Positions 27,348 to 41,108 of a DNA stretch of 64,000 bases are shown here, piece by piece. The notes beneath the pieces are model-generated. The model was not told the DNA's origin and did not search any database. It saw only the letters and a list, made by a program, of their open reading frames with translations. Both the position numbers and the translations under genes were made by a program. Source of the stretch: Sphagnum compactum (taxonomy: Eukaryota); assembly GCA_965153455.1 (NCBI GenBank), contig OZ234493.1, forward strand, positions 26,898,213-26,962,212, given 5' to 3'. Positions within the stretch are counted from its first letter, which is position 1. Every line of letters begins with the position of its first letter.

Positions 27348-27879
27348 AGAATAATGAATCACACCTGCCTGCAAGCACCAGTTTATGTGAGCGAGCTCGT
27401 CAGCTGCAGAATTATGATTACCCACGAAGACAATCAAGCACGAGACAAGGAAAGGGGGGCAAAAGAACAGTTGACAGACGAGGACGAAGACAAGGACCCA
27501 AATGCACAAGAAGCCTGAAAACAAGAGCGCATCAGGACCAAGGGACATGGGAAACCGTTATGCGGATAGACAGGAGCGGTGGGCCATTGAGATTGTGGAA
27601 GCCCGAGAGCTCTTCTGTAGCGGAATCCAAAACAATTTTGGGCGAAAATCACATCAGATCCCCCAATAGGAATTTTTACCAGTGTTGGGCAGTTATCGGG
27701 TGAGAATTGGCCCGGGTTTCAGGCCGGTTCTTGTCATGAAAATCAACGGGTATCACAGTTAGTGATACCCACTTAGATGATGCGCGCTGCCTGTCGCTTC
27801 TCACTCTGCTGAGAACCAGCACCCTAAAAACTGGTTTCTCCATACACTTATAAAACCCATCATACCCTCCAAGGGTACA

Positions 27880-29130
27880 AAGGGGTATCAAAGGATGTTT
27901 TAATACAGGTCTCAGGTCTAAGGGTCTATGCTACATAGTAGGGGTAGGGTCTATGGTCAGGTTCTAGGTGATTGGTAAGTTCTAGATTTAGGTTTCTAGG
28001 TTTTAGGCTAGGGTTCCAATATAGGGTCTAAAGTTCTAAGGCAATATTGTGCAATGGCTCACTTGCACACCAACTTTGTCTCCACTGACTCGGGCTTGTG
28101 TTCGGTTTGAGTTTTGAGTTGATAATGTTTTGAAGCTTTAGTGTTTGCTTTGTTTGTGTTTTGAGTTTTGTTTGTTCATTTGTTTAAGTTTTTAAAGTTC
28201 TTTCTTGCTCTCCTTTTGTTCTCCTCTTCTCTTGCTCCTTGTACCCTTATGCTCTTCTTGCTTGTCTACTCCTACTTCCACACTCCTCATCATTCCTATC
28301 CCCATGCTAGACTACTTCTACTCATTGGCTCTTAGTCTTGAGCTCTCATTTGTTGATTCCTAGTCACATGCTCTTATTGGCTCTTGGTACATTGCTCTTG
28401 TTCAACTACTCTTGCTTATCAACTTTTGATGTTGAACTCCTAGTCTCAAGTCCCTATTCATGAACTCTCGGTCTAGCGTTGTTATTTATAGGTAGGCACT
28501 TGAGGTACATGTTCTTGTTGATTAGCTCTTGGTCTTGTGTTGTTCCTTTGCATGTGCATCTCAACTCTCAATGGTCATCAAGTAATTTGCTTTCATAGGT
28601 AACTATTTTTATCGTTTATCTTTTTGTTCTTTGTTCATTATGTATATCAGTTTTGCTGATGGTTTATTTGTTTATTTGTAATTTTTTCTTAGTTCTTTGT
28701 GTGTAGGATTTGTGATTAATCTCTTCAAACATTTTGACATAATATTTCATTTTGGGGACAACTTTTTTATGATGAAAGAGGAGAGAAGAGAATGGTTTTT
28801 TCATTATGTTTTGTAAATGTATGTTTTGTCAATTCTAACAAGGGTAATTCTGTATTTGTCAATTTTGATCTATGGATGTCCAAAGGAGCTCACATCGTTT
28901 TTGCACTTGTGTTTAATTTCATGGGAAACCAAAACATATTAGTATTGGTTTATTTGAAGTTCTATAAATTATTGGGCAAGTTTTGACAAGAAATTTAATA
29001 AAGTTCTTGGATCAATATGGCTTGAGAAAAAAAATCATTGTATACATGAAAATGAAGGTTCAAATTTTAATGCAACAAATGTGGCATTAAAATTTGTTGT
29101 GCATAGGCAAGCTTTTGGTTTGGAATTTTT
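27880..29130 (+). mobile_element. Decayed hAT-like transposon fragment (5' non-coding region plus transposase piece at about 28800-29130)
   Basis: FDLWMSKGAHIVFALVFNF followed by LLDQYGLRKKII...EGSNFN-like sequence with frameshifts resembles the hAT RNaseH-fold D-W..D region. Confidence 0.6.
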
Positions 29131-31439
29131 TGGTTATGAAAGGATGTTAATTTTTATTTTTACCTAGGGCTTAGTTTAACTAGTAATTGGGTAGCCCAAT
29201 AAATTTTTAAGTTATTAGTAATAGGTTTACCTACTATCTTCATTTATGGTTGAAGTGGCGTTAATGAGTTTAATTGGTTTTTATGAAGGGTAAGGTAAAA
29301 ACACTATGAGAAATCTTGTCCATTGGACCCAGATTACCTTCGAACTAAATTTCTAAAACAACTAACATACAACTACAGTACAATTAAATCATGAAAATGT
29401 GAACATTTAATAAATAAAATGTCACGTTAAAAAATCAAGGAATTATACTATGGCTGAAATTTAGTTGCAAATGAAACACATATATGGTGTAATGAACTTA
29501 TAGATGTAGTCAATAACGTTTGATTTTTAATCAAACTGTAGCTTAATTGTGTGTGACAACTACATTACAACCGGTGTAAATGTAACATTCAATTAGTAAT
29601 TACATTGCAACTAATGTACAACATTGACACATATGATCTTGCCACATGTATGTATTTCCAACACCTATTAGATATGACACTTGCACCTTGTTGTGCCACT
29701 ATGTTATTACTATAAAATATAATTTTTCATTATTTTGTGATTGATGTTCAACTATTAATAAATTAATAACTAAAAAAATCATATTTAATCCTTAATACTT
29801 AATAAGCAATTTTGTTCAATAACTTATTAGTTATTACATACTAAGTAATATTTAATAATTAATTTGAAATAATTAATCCAATTTAGACAATATGTTTGTT
29901 AATTGAGTCAAATAATTAACTTATAAATAAATAAACAACTAACTAATTTTATAAATTAGATTGGTAATAAAAATATTAAGTTCAAATAATTAATTATCAA
30001 TTTAAATTTAGATTATTAATTATTTGAGATTCATATATTTAATAATGAACATTTAACATCCAGATAATAAATGATAAGTTATTTGAATACATACAACTAG
30101 TTATCTAGAATAATGAACTAACAAATTAGATGAATTATACTGATTAATTCAAATAATTAATTATTTGATAATTATGTTCTAAAACCAAATTTGTATTTAA
30201 TATTTAAATTTTTAGCAATGATTTTTTAATAATTTTTTAATATTAATTAATAATTCATTTAATTAATAATCTGAATTAGTTGGTCTAATTCAGATAATTA
30301 ATTATTCATAATTAACTCACATATAATTATTAAGTATTACCTATTTAATTTCACAATTTAAAAAATTGAAAAAAAACACTTGAATAATGTGGGAATGTTT
30401 TTTTAGTTGCAACCCAATTTGCAACTAATGTGCAATTAAAAGATTTAACCCATATCCTTTGTTCTTGAATATCATATTATTACAAACTATATAAAGAAGG
30501 TGTTTTGTCTTGTGTGTTCACATTAAAACACATGTGTAAATTTCGGATGCATTTAAAAAAGTTTAACTTTAAAGACAAAACATAAAATAAAATAATATGC
30601 CTACATGTGCAAGCATGTTAAATTATTCTTTGAAGGCTTGAAAAAAAAATTATGTTAAAAAAACATCAAAAAGTAAATGACCCCTTTCAAATTTATACTT
30701 TGAAACCACATGAATGTATCAAATGTGACTTAAAAGAAGTTTTCCAAATTTTAGAATTTCATTCAATTTTTTTTTCACCAACTTTCAACCTACTTTTTGA
30801 AAACTGCATAGTTTTTCGAATTGCACAAAGTAAGCCTTCCCATATCCATGACCAAAAGTTTCTGAAATTCATTTATATGTTTCATTTTTCTTTATGGTTT
30901 GGGGCATGTTTTGACATGTGAAACTAAGGAATTGCATTTTTCTTTTTATAGAAAAGTATGTTGGGAATGCACATTTTGGGTGTAGCCAAAAATTACTTTT
31001 GAAGGGGTTCACATGGTGTGTATTGAGGAATTTTTAATGCAAAAGATGGACAATGAAGAGCATGATGCCTCATGAGTAATGATCTGAAAGTTTAACAATT
31101 TTTTTTTTCATCCCTAATCTATAAGGGTTATACAAAAAAGTAATAAGGTGTGATGGTCATTGTTGCATGCAGTAGGCTAAACCTATGCATTACACATTGT
31201 GCCAAGGGATGACGAAACCATGTTTTTGTTTTCCTTCCTTGCACAAGGGCTTTGTCATTTTTTTTCGTTGCATTTGTAAGGTTGTTGAAGTGATGAAATC
31301 GTAGTGTAAAATGACATTGTAATAATGCACAAGAGCTTGAGAATGGATGGGGAGATTGTGGCATGGAGTGATCACAACATATAAGATCAATTTTCCCAAG
31401 GTACTGGGAGATACATGTATAATGCCAGGTTTTTTTCCC

Positions 31440-31900
31440 CTCATGTTGATGCAATGACGTTAGCAGGTGAGCAACAAGTAGTGAATGATGATCACATGAA
31501 CAAGCTCAAGTGAACAACCAAGAATCTTTATAGCATATTCCATGCCACATCATTGAATATTTTCATGCCACATGGATTGAGTTTTTGTGACGTGGCAAAA
31601 TATTCTTTGCTAATGTGCAAAATATTCTCCCATGTGGACAAGGGTTTGGCATGAATACATACAACTTTTTTGTGGTGTTATTTATTTGTTCCAATAGTCA
31701 CATTGAAACGTTTGTGGTTAGAGAGTATATTGTAGATTCATCCATACCTTGGAGGCTAAACATCTACATGGGCAAAATAGTTGTAGGGATGTGTAATTTA
31801 TTGGCCTTTCAGTTGTTGGTGTGTTGTTTTAATTTGAACATTGAAGGCCTTTTCACCTTTTTGTGGCAATGAGATATTGTAAGTCAAAATACTTGCATTT
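31440..31900. repeat. Dispersed repeat, inverted copy of sequences at 43730-43960 and 45430-45620
   Basis: ORF track shows LLAFQLLVCCFNLNIEGLFTFLWQ (+31615) versus LLVYQLLVCCFINLNIEGLLTFLPQ (-43958). atattccatgccacatcattgaatatt (about 31535) is the reverse complement of about 45515-45542. Confidence 0.75.
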
Positions 31901-33399
31901 GCAAGCTTGGGAACTTGTCTCCATTTTAGTTTCAAATTACAAATTATATTCATTGTCTATAGTGAATTTTGTACATGTCAACCTTGTCTTTGTTTCAATC
32001 TCCAATCTTTATGATGATTTCCCTTTTGTCCTTTTTTTTCTCCATCTTGACCTTTCTTTCATCCTCCTCTTCTTATTTGCCTTGACCCCCCCTTTTTTCC
32101 TCCTTCTTTTCTTTAACTTAATCCCCCCCTTCATTGTCCTTTTCTTCATTTTGACCTAGTCTTCCCTTCATCTTCCTCCTCTTCTTTGTCTTAGTTTCCC
32201 CCTTTCATCATCCAAATCCCACTCTTTCATTGTCTTGCTTCCTTTCTTGTCATCCTCCCTTTCATCATCTTAATCCCCAAACTTTTCATCATCATTTTTT
32301 TCTTTGTTTTAATCACCCCTTTTCCCTAATCCTCCCCCTCCCTTTCACCCTCCTTCAACACTATGTCTTAAGGGGACATAATAGTTCATTAGATAGGGCA
32401 ATAAGAAATCAACTTCATTACCACTTAGCTAGGTGGTTGGTAGTTAATGCTACCACTCATCTTAGTGGTAGTGAGTTTGCACTAATTGGAAAACTATTAT
32501 ATCCCCTTGTGACATAATGTTGAGGCTTTTCCTTCTCACTACATGTTATTTTGTGGTAGGTTATTGTAGCCTTGTTGCAACATTTGACCCTTTGCACACA
32601 CCTTGGCCTTAGCCAGGTAGGGTCTATTTGATCTAGTGTTGTAAAGCCCAAGTTTACACCTCTTGATAACCCAATTGGATGAACTGTGAAACCAACTTGA
32701 AAGTTGCAATGGAATTTGTCTCATGTTTTTCTAATTGTTAATTTAGATTAGGCCTTGTTGAAATTTGTTTTTACATGCCTTTCAACCATACATTGAATTG
32801 ATTATTCAACTATGTTAAGGGATTCAATAGCTTTCCTTGTTTTTTTGTCTTCCCTTCCTTTTTCTTTTGGCTCTTGATTTGTTTAATTGCTTATCTATCT
32901 AAAGCCCTTTGTTATAAAATCTTCAAATATTAGTTAGATGTCACAACATGTGACCATATGTTATAACCAATTAATGACTTTGTCCTCAAGTCTTGATCCT
33001 TGCAAATAGATAAATAAACAATAACAAATTTGCAAAGTGAGGTATCTTTGGAGTTTGAATAGTAGAAATTTCAACTTCAACTTAAGGTTCATGCATTTTG
33101 AATGTACTATTGGTTCACTATTTTGATTTGTTGCCCTTCTCTCCTTGTAGGTTATTCCAAAGGATTTCTTTAGTATCTTATATAAGTCAATATTGGGCCC
33201 ATGGGAACCTTCAACATTGTACCTTAATTCAACAAATTCTCTTACATTTGATATGTTTACTAATTCAAATAATAGCTCCATGTTCTCCCCAAACTTGATG
33301 TTCATTGTTTTTTTCATTTGAATTTTAAATGTTTTCATCTGACATTTTCATCTTAGTTGTAACTATGTACACCTCATTGGGCTTATTCTTCTTGTCCAT

Positions 33400-34100
33400 G
33401 ACCCTTGAATTCAAAGGCAAAATTCTTGTGACCTTGAACCCATTTTTAATGTTTTTATTTGATAATGAAATGTCCAATGCCTTGTCAACCTAAAGCAAAC
33501 AAACGTTTACTTGTTTATTTCATGATAATTGGATCTAACCATGTTGTTGTCTTTTTCTAAATGTAGTTTTGAAAGGTTTAAGATAACTCACATCTAAGGG
33601 TTACAATGCATGGGATGTGTGAAAGTAAAGTTTCCATGTCCAACCCAAGTGTTTGTGCTGCTTCTAAGGTTACATGTGAACCATGCCCATCTTGGATTAA
33701 TAGATCCACCTATTAGTTTGAAAGATGCCTCTAGGATTTGACCTTGTGAAAAATGACAATAGTTTTTTGAAAAGGAAATATGTCATCCATGTTTTCTTTT
33801 TCATTTGCATGCATGGCCTTAGCCTACAAATTTTGATGTTCTCATTTAGTTTTATATGCTCTCACCCCTAAATATAAAAAAACCCTAGCAAAAAACTCCC
33901 AATTGCAATTACAACACAATTTGTAATTGACCATTCCTTGGACTTGGGAATGGTGTTATACATTTTTTGTGAATTGTTTTTCCCTAAAACTCTTGTCCCT
34001 AATTGTCGCCCTATTTGAATTCTTATTTCATCATATTTCTATATGTGATTTGATGTATACTTATGTTGCGTGTACAATGTTGCAAGGTTTTGGTAGAATG
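33400..34100 (-). mobile_element. Decayed pogo/Tc1-mariner-like DDE_1 transposase remnant
   Basis: Minus strand 33560-33710 reads LLIQDGHGSHVTLEAAQTLGLDMETLLSH.SHAL.PLDVSYLKPFKTTFRK, the DGH.SH / HTSHALQPLDV signature of DDE_1. Confidence 0.8.
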
Positions 34101-36479
34101 AGTTGCATGCATTGTTAGTTAGACCTTGTGTTTTAAAAGTGTTTTGTAGACCTTTACTCCTATGTAAGCTTGATTGAAAATTCTAGATGTTTATGCGTAA
34201 ACCAATACCACCAAGAGTATTCAAGTACCCCATCCCCAAATGGGTTAGGTCTAGTTTGGGTGAGTTTTGCCATTTTGACTTTGAGTTGTTGTAATGTGAT
34301 TAAAAGTTCACAAGCTTACATTCCAAAAATTCAATTAATAGGAATAACTTTTGCTTCTTTTGACAACACACCAAATCGACCAACCTTTAACGACATGGTC
34401 TTCCCATTTATATGGTTAAATAATGAGGTCAAGGGAAGGTTGAAAATTTTGCTAGCCTTGTTAAGTAATGTTATGCTTCTTTCCACTATGTCCATAACAT
34501 CTTCTAACTAGTCAATTTGCCTTTTTTTCTATTGAAGTAAGAATCCTTGCAGCTCTTGTTCTTGGTCTTTTGACTTGATAAGGTGGGATGTTCTCTTTGA
34601 GATTAGGTTGAATGTTGGTATCTATGATTTGAATTGGTTGATCCAACAAGTTTCGCCATCATCTTCAAGGCACACTAAATGTTATTTTAAAAAAAAATTC
34701 CTAGCCTTATCCTTCAAAACATAGGGGGAATGCACTTAGGCTTCACATTTGAAATAATCCTTTGTATTTTTTAAAACTAGACCAAGAGCATAAGAATTGA
34801 ATTGGTTCAAGATATGTTTCATTAACATGTTCTTTTGTTTGCCAAAGTTGAAATAAATTCAAAGAGGTGTACAAAGTCTTCCCAACTCAAATCTTCATTT
34901 CTTGTTGTTGTGCAAGTCGTAGGTGTAAATTTTAAGCTACAGTTGATCAAAATAGACTAGAACTTGCATCTTGGCATTGTATTTGCACTGTGTTGATTGT
35001 GCGATTACATTCTTATCTATCCAAGATAGTATAAATATTTGTTAAACCTTTCCTTATAATTTTTTTCTATGAATTGGATTTTGCATTCAACAAATCGGTC
35101 CTCTACTTTCACCTCTATGTGCTCATCTTTTGCTTTCATCTTTACAATTTCATCTTTTAGTTTTGATTATAAACATTTTGCATTAGGCAACATAATGTCA
35201 TAAAGTTTTTAGATCTCATCTTCCAAATTCTTTGGCAACTTGAATATGTTTCTTGTTTATAAAGGAAGTTGGATGGCTTGCTAGAAAAGTGGATTCAAGC
35301 ACTTTGGAATTCAAGTTGTGATGCTTAATTTTGGCAAGAAATGTAAGGAATAGGCATAGAATGCCTTTGGTTTGTGCAAGTTGCTATGAATTGATTTTCC
35401 ATGGCAAGTGTGCTAAGACTTTGCACTTTATGTTGTTATTTTATTATTGTCATTGTATTAAATACCCTCTCATCATTCTGAACTACATCCCTACTTAATT
35501 AAGTATAAGCCACATCCCTAGATACCAACCTTAAACCAAATAGTTAAAGTCCCATTTGAATGTATTTTTGGCATTGATGTGATATTTTGTGTACATTAGA
35601 TTGCAACAGGTACAAGCCCAATTCCAAACAATGACCAACATGATGACCATAAAAGTTTATAAATGCGGTCCGAATAGGACCTTTCACCAAACACATTCTC
35701 ATCCCTCTTGTGTTGATTCTTAGATCCATGTACAAATTTATGTATGAAATGTCACAACTCTAGCTCATCACCAAACAAGTTGAGTTATATCCTCGAACAC
35801 TAGACTTTAAGATATGCTATATGCAACACCCATGCCTGAACACAATTTTTGCCAAAAAAAAAACACTTTACAAAATACCATGAACAATCATCTCTCACCA
35901 ACCTTTGATCATAAGGTGTGCAATGAATGGTCAAAGGCTCTTCCCTGATTGCTCACCAACCTGCTTGTAAACTCCCAAAGTGTTTGATCATAGGCTGATC
36001 TACACTATTTCTTAACTAGTTGGGAAGGGGTGTGTGCTTGTGTGTTTGGCCAAACAACTGACTCATCAATCAAAGCTAGCAAGACTAAGTGTGACTGGAA
36101 TGTGGGAATGGATCTTATGTTGAATCCTTTTTTTTGTTTTGAATCCCATAGGAGTCAATTACCCAATATAAATAACAGACATATTTTGACTTCCATGAGG
36201 GGGAAAATGTGAGGGAGGCATTCAAATTGGGAGCAACCCCCCTCTATGGGAATTAGGGCCCATGGGGGGGGGGTGCATACACCCAAAACATGCCCTTCAA
36301 TTACAATGAAAAATTTACAGCAGGTCTTTAAGTTTTTCTAGGAGGCAATATTACTATACATGATGTGCCTTCAGAAAAAGAGTAAAAATTTTATGCTAGT
36401 TTGTTATGGAACTGAGGATGAGGTGGTATTAGAGTCCAGCTCACACATTTTGTGAGTGCATGTGGGCTTCACCCATTGT

Positions 36480-36670
36480 AAAGCAAACATTATCACGAAC
36501 TCAAACATACATAGATCATAAGGTGTAGAATAGGGAGGGTTCTTACACATACCCCTTAATAGTGTAGAGGGATCTTACACCGGCAAGTAGGTGCAATTCC
36601 CTTATGATAATAGGGAGTAGGCATATTATCCTCTCTTCTTTCTAGGACGTATATATTCGTGGACATAGTA
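36480..36670. repeat. Short dispersed LTR-like repeat, related to the intronic copy at 53425-53580
   Basis: aaacatacatagatcataaggtgtagaatagggagggttct...gatcttacac versus aaacatatgtagatcatgagatgtaggaggggagggttct...gatcttacac. Confidence 0.6.
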
Positions 36671-38649
36671 ATAGCGAGTAGGCATATTATTCCTTCTCTT
36701 TTGCATCAATCATTTGTTGGCATTTTGGTGCTGTCTTCTAAATTGGGTGTGTTTTGTCTAAAAGTTCTCATCCATCTTTCAAAAGCTTTTGAGTAAAAGC
36801 CAGTGTGTGTGTTAGTTTTGTAGGGTAAATTTTCTGAAGTGGCAAATTAAACATGGATGTGAGATATCCATGAACCTGTGGGAGCTCTCCCTCCTTCACA
36901 TTGAGACCACAATTTCATCTCTCTTGTTTTGTTTATCCATTGTCATCACTTAACTTCACAAAAGTATTCAAGCTTTCATATCCAAGCCACCATAAAATGG
37001 AAGATAAAGATACTTGCATGCTTTGGAAAACGATGGAAATTGGTTTTTTGAGAAGGTGCTGATGATGGAAAGGAAGGCTAATAGGGCCCTTCATGTCCCA
37101 AACTTTAGTGGTGGAGGTATTTGGGAGAAGTAATCAACCTCCCTATTTATGAAAACAGGTGAAAATTTCCATTCCCACTGATAACATGTTCTTTATCTAG
37201 TTTCTATAAGCGCTCCCATGATTTTGTGTCACTCTAGAAATTGCAATGTTCACAGGCACTAATCTACAAATTTCATCCTTAAACAATTTTTTTGTCAATG
37301 TATTGTTGGGTAGATCAAGTAGTCCTACTTGATAGGAATATGTAGGTTTGTTGTGGGAAACAAGAAACCAAGCTTCATGAGTCATAGAGGCAAAAACATC
37401 TCTTGGGCATAATGGTTTCCAATGTGTTCTTCCCCATGAGTACATCAAATAAGGTGCATGCCCTGGTATGAAGTTCTACCAAGGCTTGTTCCAGAGTGTA
37501 ACCCGTGTTATATCCCTATAGTGTTCCCATCATAAGTTTCATCATAAGTTTCATCATTTTCAAGCTCTCATTTTCAAATTCATGTTTTCAAGTTTTTCAT
37601 TTTCTTTGTCTTCATGCTCCTACTTTGTTGTTCTTTCTTTTTCAATCTCTTATTTCCACAACATTTGAAAGCAATTTATGCTCACAATTCCATGAATACA
37701 TTGTATATTGAAGTCATTTTCAATCTTTTTTTTGTGTGAAATTTCAATCAATTGCAAAATTTGACAATAGGTTGCCAATAATATTCCAAACTTTCATCAT
37801 AATCTAGCATTATAGATTGTCTTTCAAATTAGGTCAAGATTTTGCTTTGACCTACAACAAGTTGGGTTTAAGGTTGTTGTAAGGTTTAAAGGTGAAAACA
37901 CAAATAGGTGGACTATTTATACTATCATTCTCACAAATTTTCTGGATGTACATGAACTTAAAATGTGAAGTCATATTCATTAACATTATCAAAATTTTAT
38001 GTTATCCATGTTGCAACAAAATATTAAAAGATATGCATGAGTTCTAAAAATGCACATTGGATAACATGGTTAGTTAAATGTCACATTACAATAGTTTTAA
38101 CTAATGTAAATTAATGAAACATATTATTTGTAGTATACTTTATTATATATATATTAAATATATATTAACACATATGATTAATATTGGATTTTCATCTTTT
38201 TATTTCTTAAAAATGTCTTTACATTGTAATAAATGAAGGCCCAAAATAATATATGGCAATTAAATTCAAAATTGTATTTAAAATAAATTATTAAATCAGT
38301 CTTAAGTTGGTTCAAATCACCATTTAATTTGTCATATTGTAACTAATTGATGTAATAAAAGGTTATGATAAATAATCTTATACATTATAATCAATTATAT
38401 TAAATAATGACTATTATAAATTTTATATAACATTAAAGTTATCATTTTAATAGTACCAAAAATAACATTCGTAAATTATTTTGACTACAAGTGAATGTAT
38501 AGTTGAAATTTCATTGAAGGTGAAATGGAATTAGGGCATGGTAAATTTGGTTCACTTTTACAACCCCATAATGATTTAGGTTAGTGGATTTGGACTCATT
38601 GTGTACTAGTGTTTGAAGGCTGTTGTTTTGCCACCTACTAAAGTTCTTT

Positions 38650-38930
38650 CACCGGGATATGGATAGATTTACATCATTAGTTTCGATCCACCTCCTAGCA
38701 CAAAGCAGTATGAGGTGACAATTGAAAATTTCCCTAATTGCAATTGTGTTGACTCCATTCAAATGATGGTAGTTTCCTTGGTTGGTCGGAGGAAATGGGT
38801 GCATTGTAAACATCTCTATTTCATCTTGCAAAATGTGATGTATTGTGACCAAACATAACCTGTCATTCATTTCCCGACATAGAGTTGGAATGAAGTGTAA
38901 TGCCTAATGAGTCGTGCTAGGGTGATATTT
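38650..38930 (+). pseudogene. SWIM zinc-finger remnant, probably TE-derived (MULE-like)
   Basis: Plus-strand translation KQYEVTIENFPNCNCVDSIQMMVVSLVGRRKWVHCKHLYFILQNVMYC fits the CxC..CxH SWIM pattern. Confidence 0.72.
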
Positions 38931-39304
38931 CTAGAATAATGGGAGTGTGTCATCAAGTTGTATGTGAGGAATTTTTTGCACACCTTCAACATACAGATAT
39001 GCACTCACAAAACCCGCTTGGAAGTGGAACTACTACGTAGTTGTAGTCTAACAAGTACGGTGGTTCAAGGTAATGCAATGAAGCTCATTAAGAATTTAAT
39101 GCGTTGTGTCCACTTGAAAGATACAAAGACATTAAGGGAGAATCGTAAGTCACCATGATGCAATATGAAGGGCATTATGTTGACATTCATTCAATGTCAC
39201 GCTTGATGGTTGAACCTTTTTGGTTCCATTCGTCATAACATCTACATACAACCTCGAACTCTAACATGCATTGGATTTTTGAAAAGGCTAATCTAAAGGA
39301 GCCA

Positions 39305-40448
39305 TGTTACAAAAATCTTATAAGTTTTTATTTTTTTTATCAAGAGTTAAGCCTTGGGACTAAACATCACTTCACTTAGATTGAGGAAAAAACAGACAAA
39401 TTCAACCCCCTCTACTTCCAGCAAGTGTAGCTCCTTCACAGAAAACCCGATGATGCTAAAATTTGGAGAGAACCTTCTACACCTCCTAAAAAAAATTGTT
39501 TTAAGTTTGGCACAAATCCAACGGTGGATTTGGGAGGAACAACTATTTGAAATAAAACTCTAGAGGCTTTGTTATGGAAATCCTTCCATGAACTCCACTA
39601 CAAACACCCTCTACTTCCGGCAAGTGTAGCTCCCTCACAGCAAACCCGATGATGCTAAAATTTGGAGAAAACCTTCAACACCTCCTAAAAAAAAACTGTT
39701 TTAAGGTTGACACAAATCCAATAGTGGATTTGGGAGGAACAACTATTTGAAACAAAACTCCAGAGGCTTTGTCATGGAAATCCTTCCATGCTTATTTCTT
39801 GCACACATCCTTTTCATGAACAACACCTTTCCACACATAAGAACTAATCTTTTCCTCACACATTCATTCTTTTCCTTTTCCCTTCCTCAACCCAAGATAC
39901 TCCTCTCTCCCTTGGTAAACCTCCATGACCTTCCTTGAGCTCGTTCCCCTTGACCAATGGAAGCTTCAAAATCCTTCCCTCCAATCAATGGCCTCCTCAT
40001 CCTTTAAGAGCCAATGAGAATTGAGAATGATTTGCCCTCCAATTGATTTTAGGTTGAGAATTCTTGGGCCCAATGAGACACAAAAAATATTCCATCCTCC
40101 AATCAAATAGGATGACAATCTTCATGACTAGTGGGATTGGAGGACTCATCCTTCCCCTTATCTTGGATATCTTGATGAGGTTCTTGAACTTGATCCTTAT
40201 CTTTTCCGTCCGTTGACCCTCACATCCTACTTCTTCATCTTAATTATTTCAAGTAACTAACTACTATGACAATTTATCGGTAGTAACAAGTAAACATCCT
40301 TGAATCCTTACTTGACTAAATCAATTCAATGGTTGAAGTAACATCCCCGTGTACCATTTACTCTTTTGATATCCCCTACTTATTTTTTCTTCCTTGCACT
40401 AATTAACTATGTAGTACATGGTAAATTGGAATTAAAATTTGCATCACA
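39305..40448 (-). mobile_element. Putative LTR (about 1.14 kb) containing an internal 200-bp tandem duplication
   Basis: Minus strand starts TGTGAT at 40448, directly after a G-run (gggggtttt, PPT-like), and ends GTAACA at 39305. No partner LTR or TSD found. Confidence 0.45.
39408..39790. repeat. Tandem duplication, period 200 bp
   Basis: ccctctacttcc(a/g)gcaagtgtagctcc...atggaaatccttccatg at 39408-39590 and 39608-39790. Confidence 0.9.
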
Positions 40449-40664
40449 AAAACCCCCACATACTCCTAGATGCACCGTCGAAATTAGGGTTTGATGAATC
40501 TATTAGATCGAGGATGTTCGAATTTTCATGAGGTTCCGCTGTCACTCCCACAACTTACGCCTACCCTAATTTGTTAAATAAAAAGGTTTCGACCCCTTCT
40601 GAACGCAAGTACCACATTGTTTCTGCTACCCTCTATTTTTGTTGATGCAGGTGATAATTTAGTC

Positions 40665-41108
40665 ATGGTGGATGATGTCGCTACACCTTCAAATCCTCCA
40701 GTTGCACCAATAGACAAGGAAGAACTTAAAGAAGCACCGTTTGACGGAACACCGCTTGACGAAGTAGCGCTTGCGGTGAATGTCTCTCAACGGTCGTGCG
40801 AAGAAGAACCATCTAGAAGAGTGGTGCGCACTCGAGTTGATCGTTCGGCATGGGATCGTCGATTGTCTCTTAACCCACATGCTTTAGCAATTTATTTAGA
40901 ATTCGTTCATGCTCGAAGAACCGCGCCAGAAAGGTTTGAAGAGTGTCAATGTGAAGACGACGATGTTCGTCTTCATTGTCGAACTTGGGTTCCCGGTGAT
41001 GGCCATTACCGTTGGCTACGAGGCCCAATTAACCCCTTTTCCATGGAGCATCGAACCGAATACCTAGCTCGCACCATCCGTCACATTCTAGAGTTTTTAC
41101 AATTGTGA
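40665..41108 (+). CDS. Hypothetical 147-aa orphan protein
   Basis: Uninterrupted ORF. ATG lies 14 nt after a strong acceptor (tttttgttgatgcag, ends 40650). Region is CpG-rich compared with flanking TE DNA. No recognisable family. Confidence 0.55.
   Translation: MVDDVATPSNPPVAPIDKEELKEAPFDGTPLDEVALAVNVSQRSCEEEPSRRVVRTRVDRSAWDRRLSLNPHALAIYLEFVHARRTAPERFEECQCEDDDVRLHCRTWVPGDGHYRWLRGPINPFSMEHRTEYLARTIRHILEFLQL

Noticed and set aside
27348-27548. N-terminal hydrophobic extension of the 375-aa ORF
   Set aside because: Pyrimidine-rich and followed by ttgcag acceptors, so it looks like a 5'UTR intron; the ATG at 27347 is the more plausible start.
27900-28040. Interstitial telomere array
   Set aside because: Only degenerate tagggt/taggtt motifs with no tandem TTTAGGG run; probably TE subterminal sequence.
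31863-32360. Membrane-protein-like Phe/Leu-rich ORFs
   Set aside because: Produced by a CT-rich low-complexity tract.
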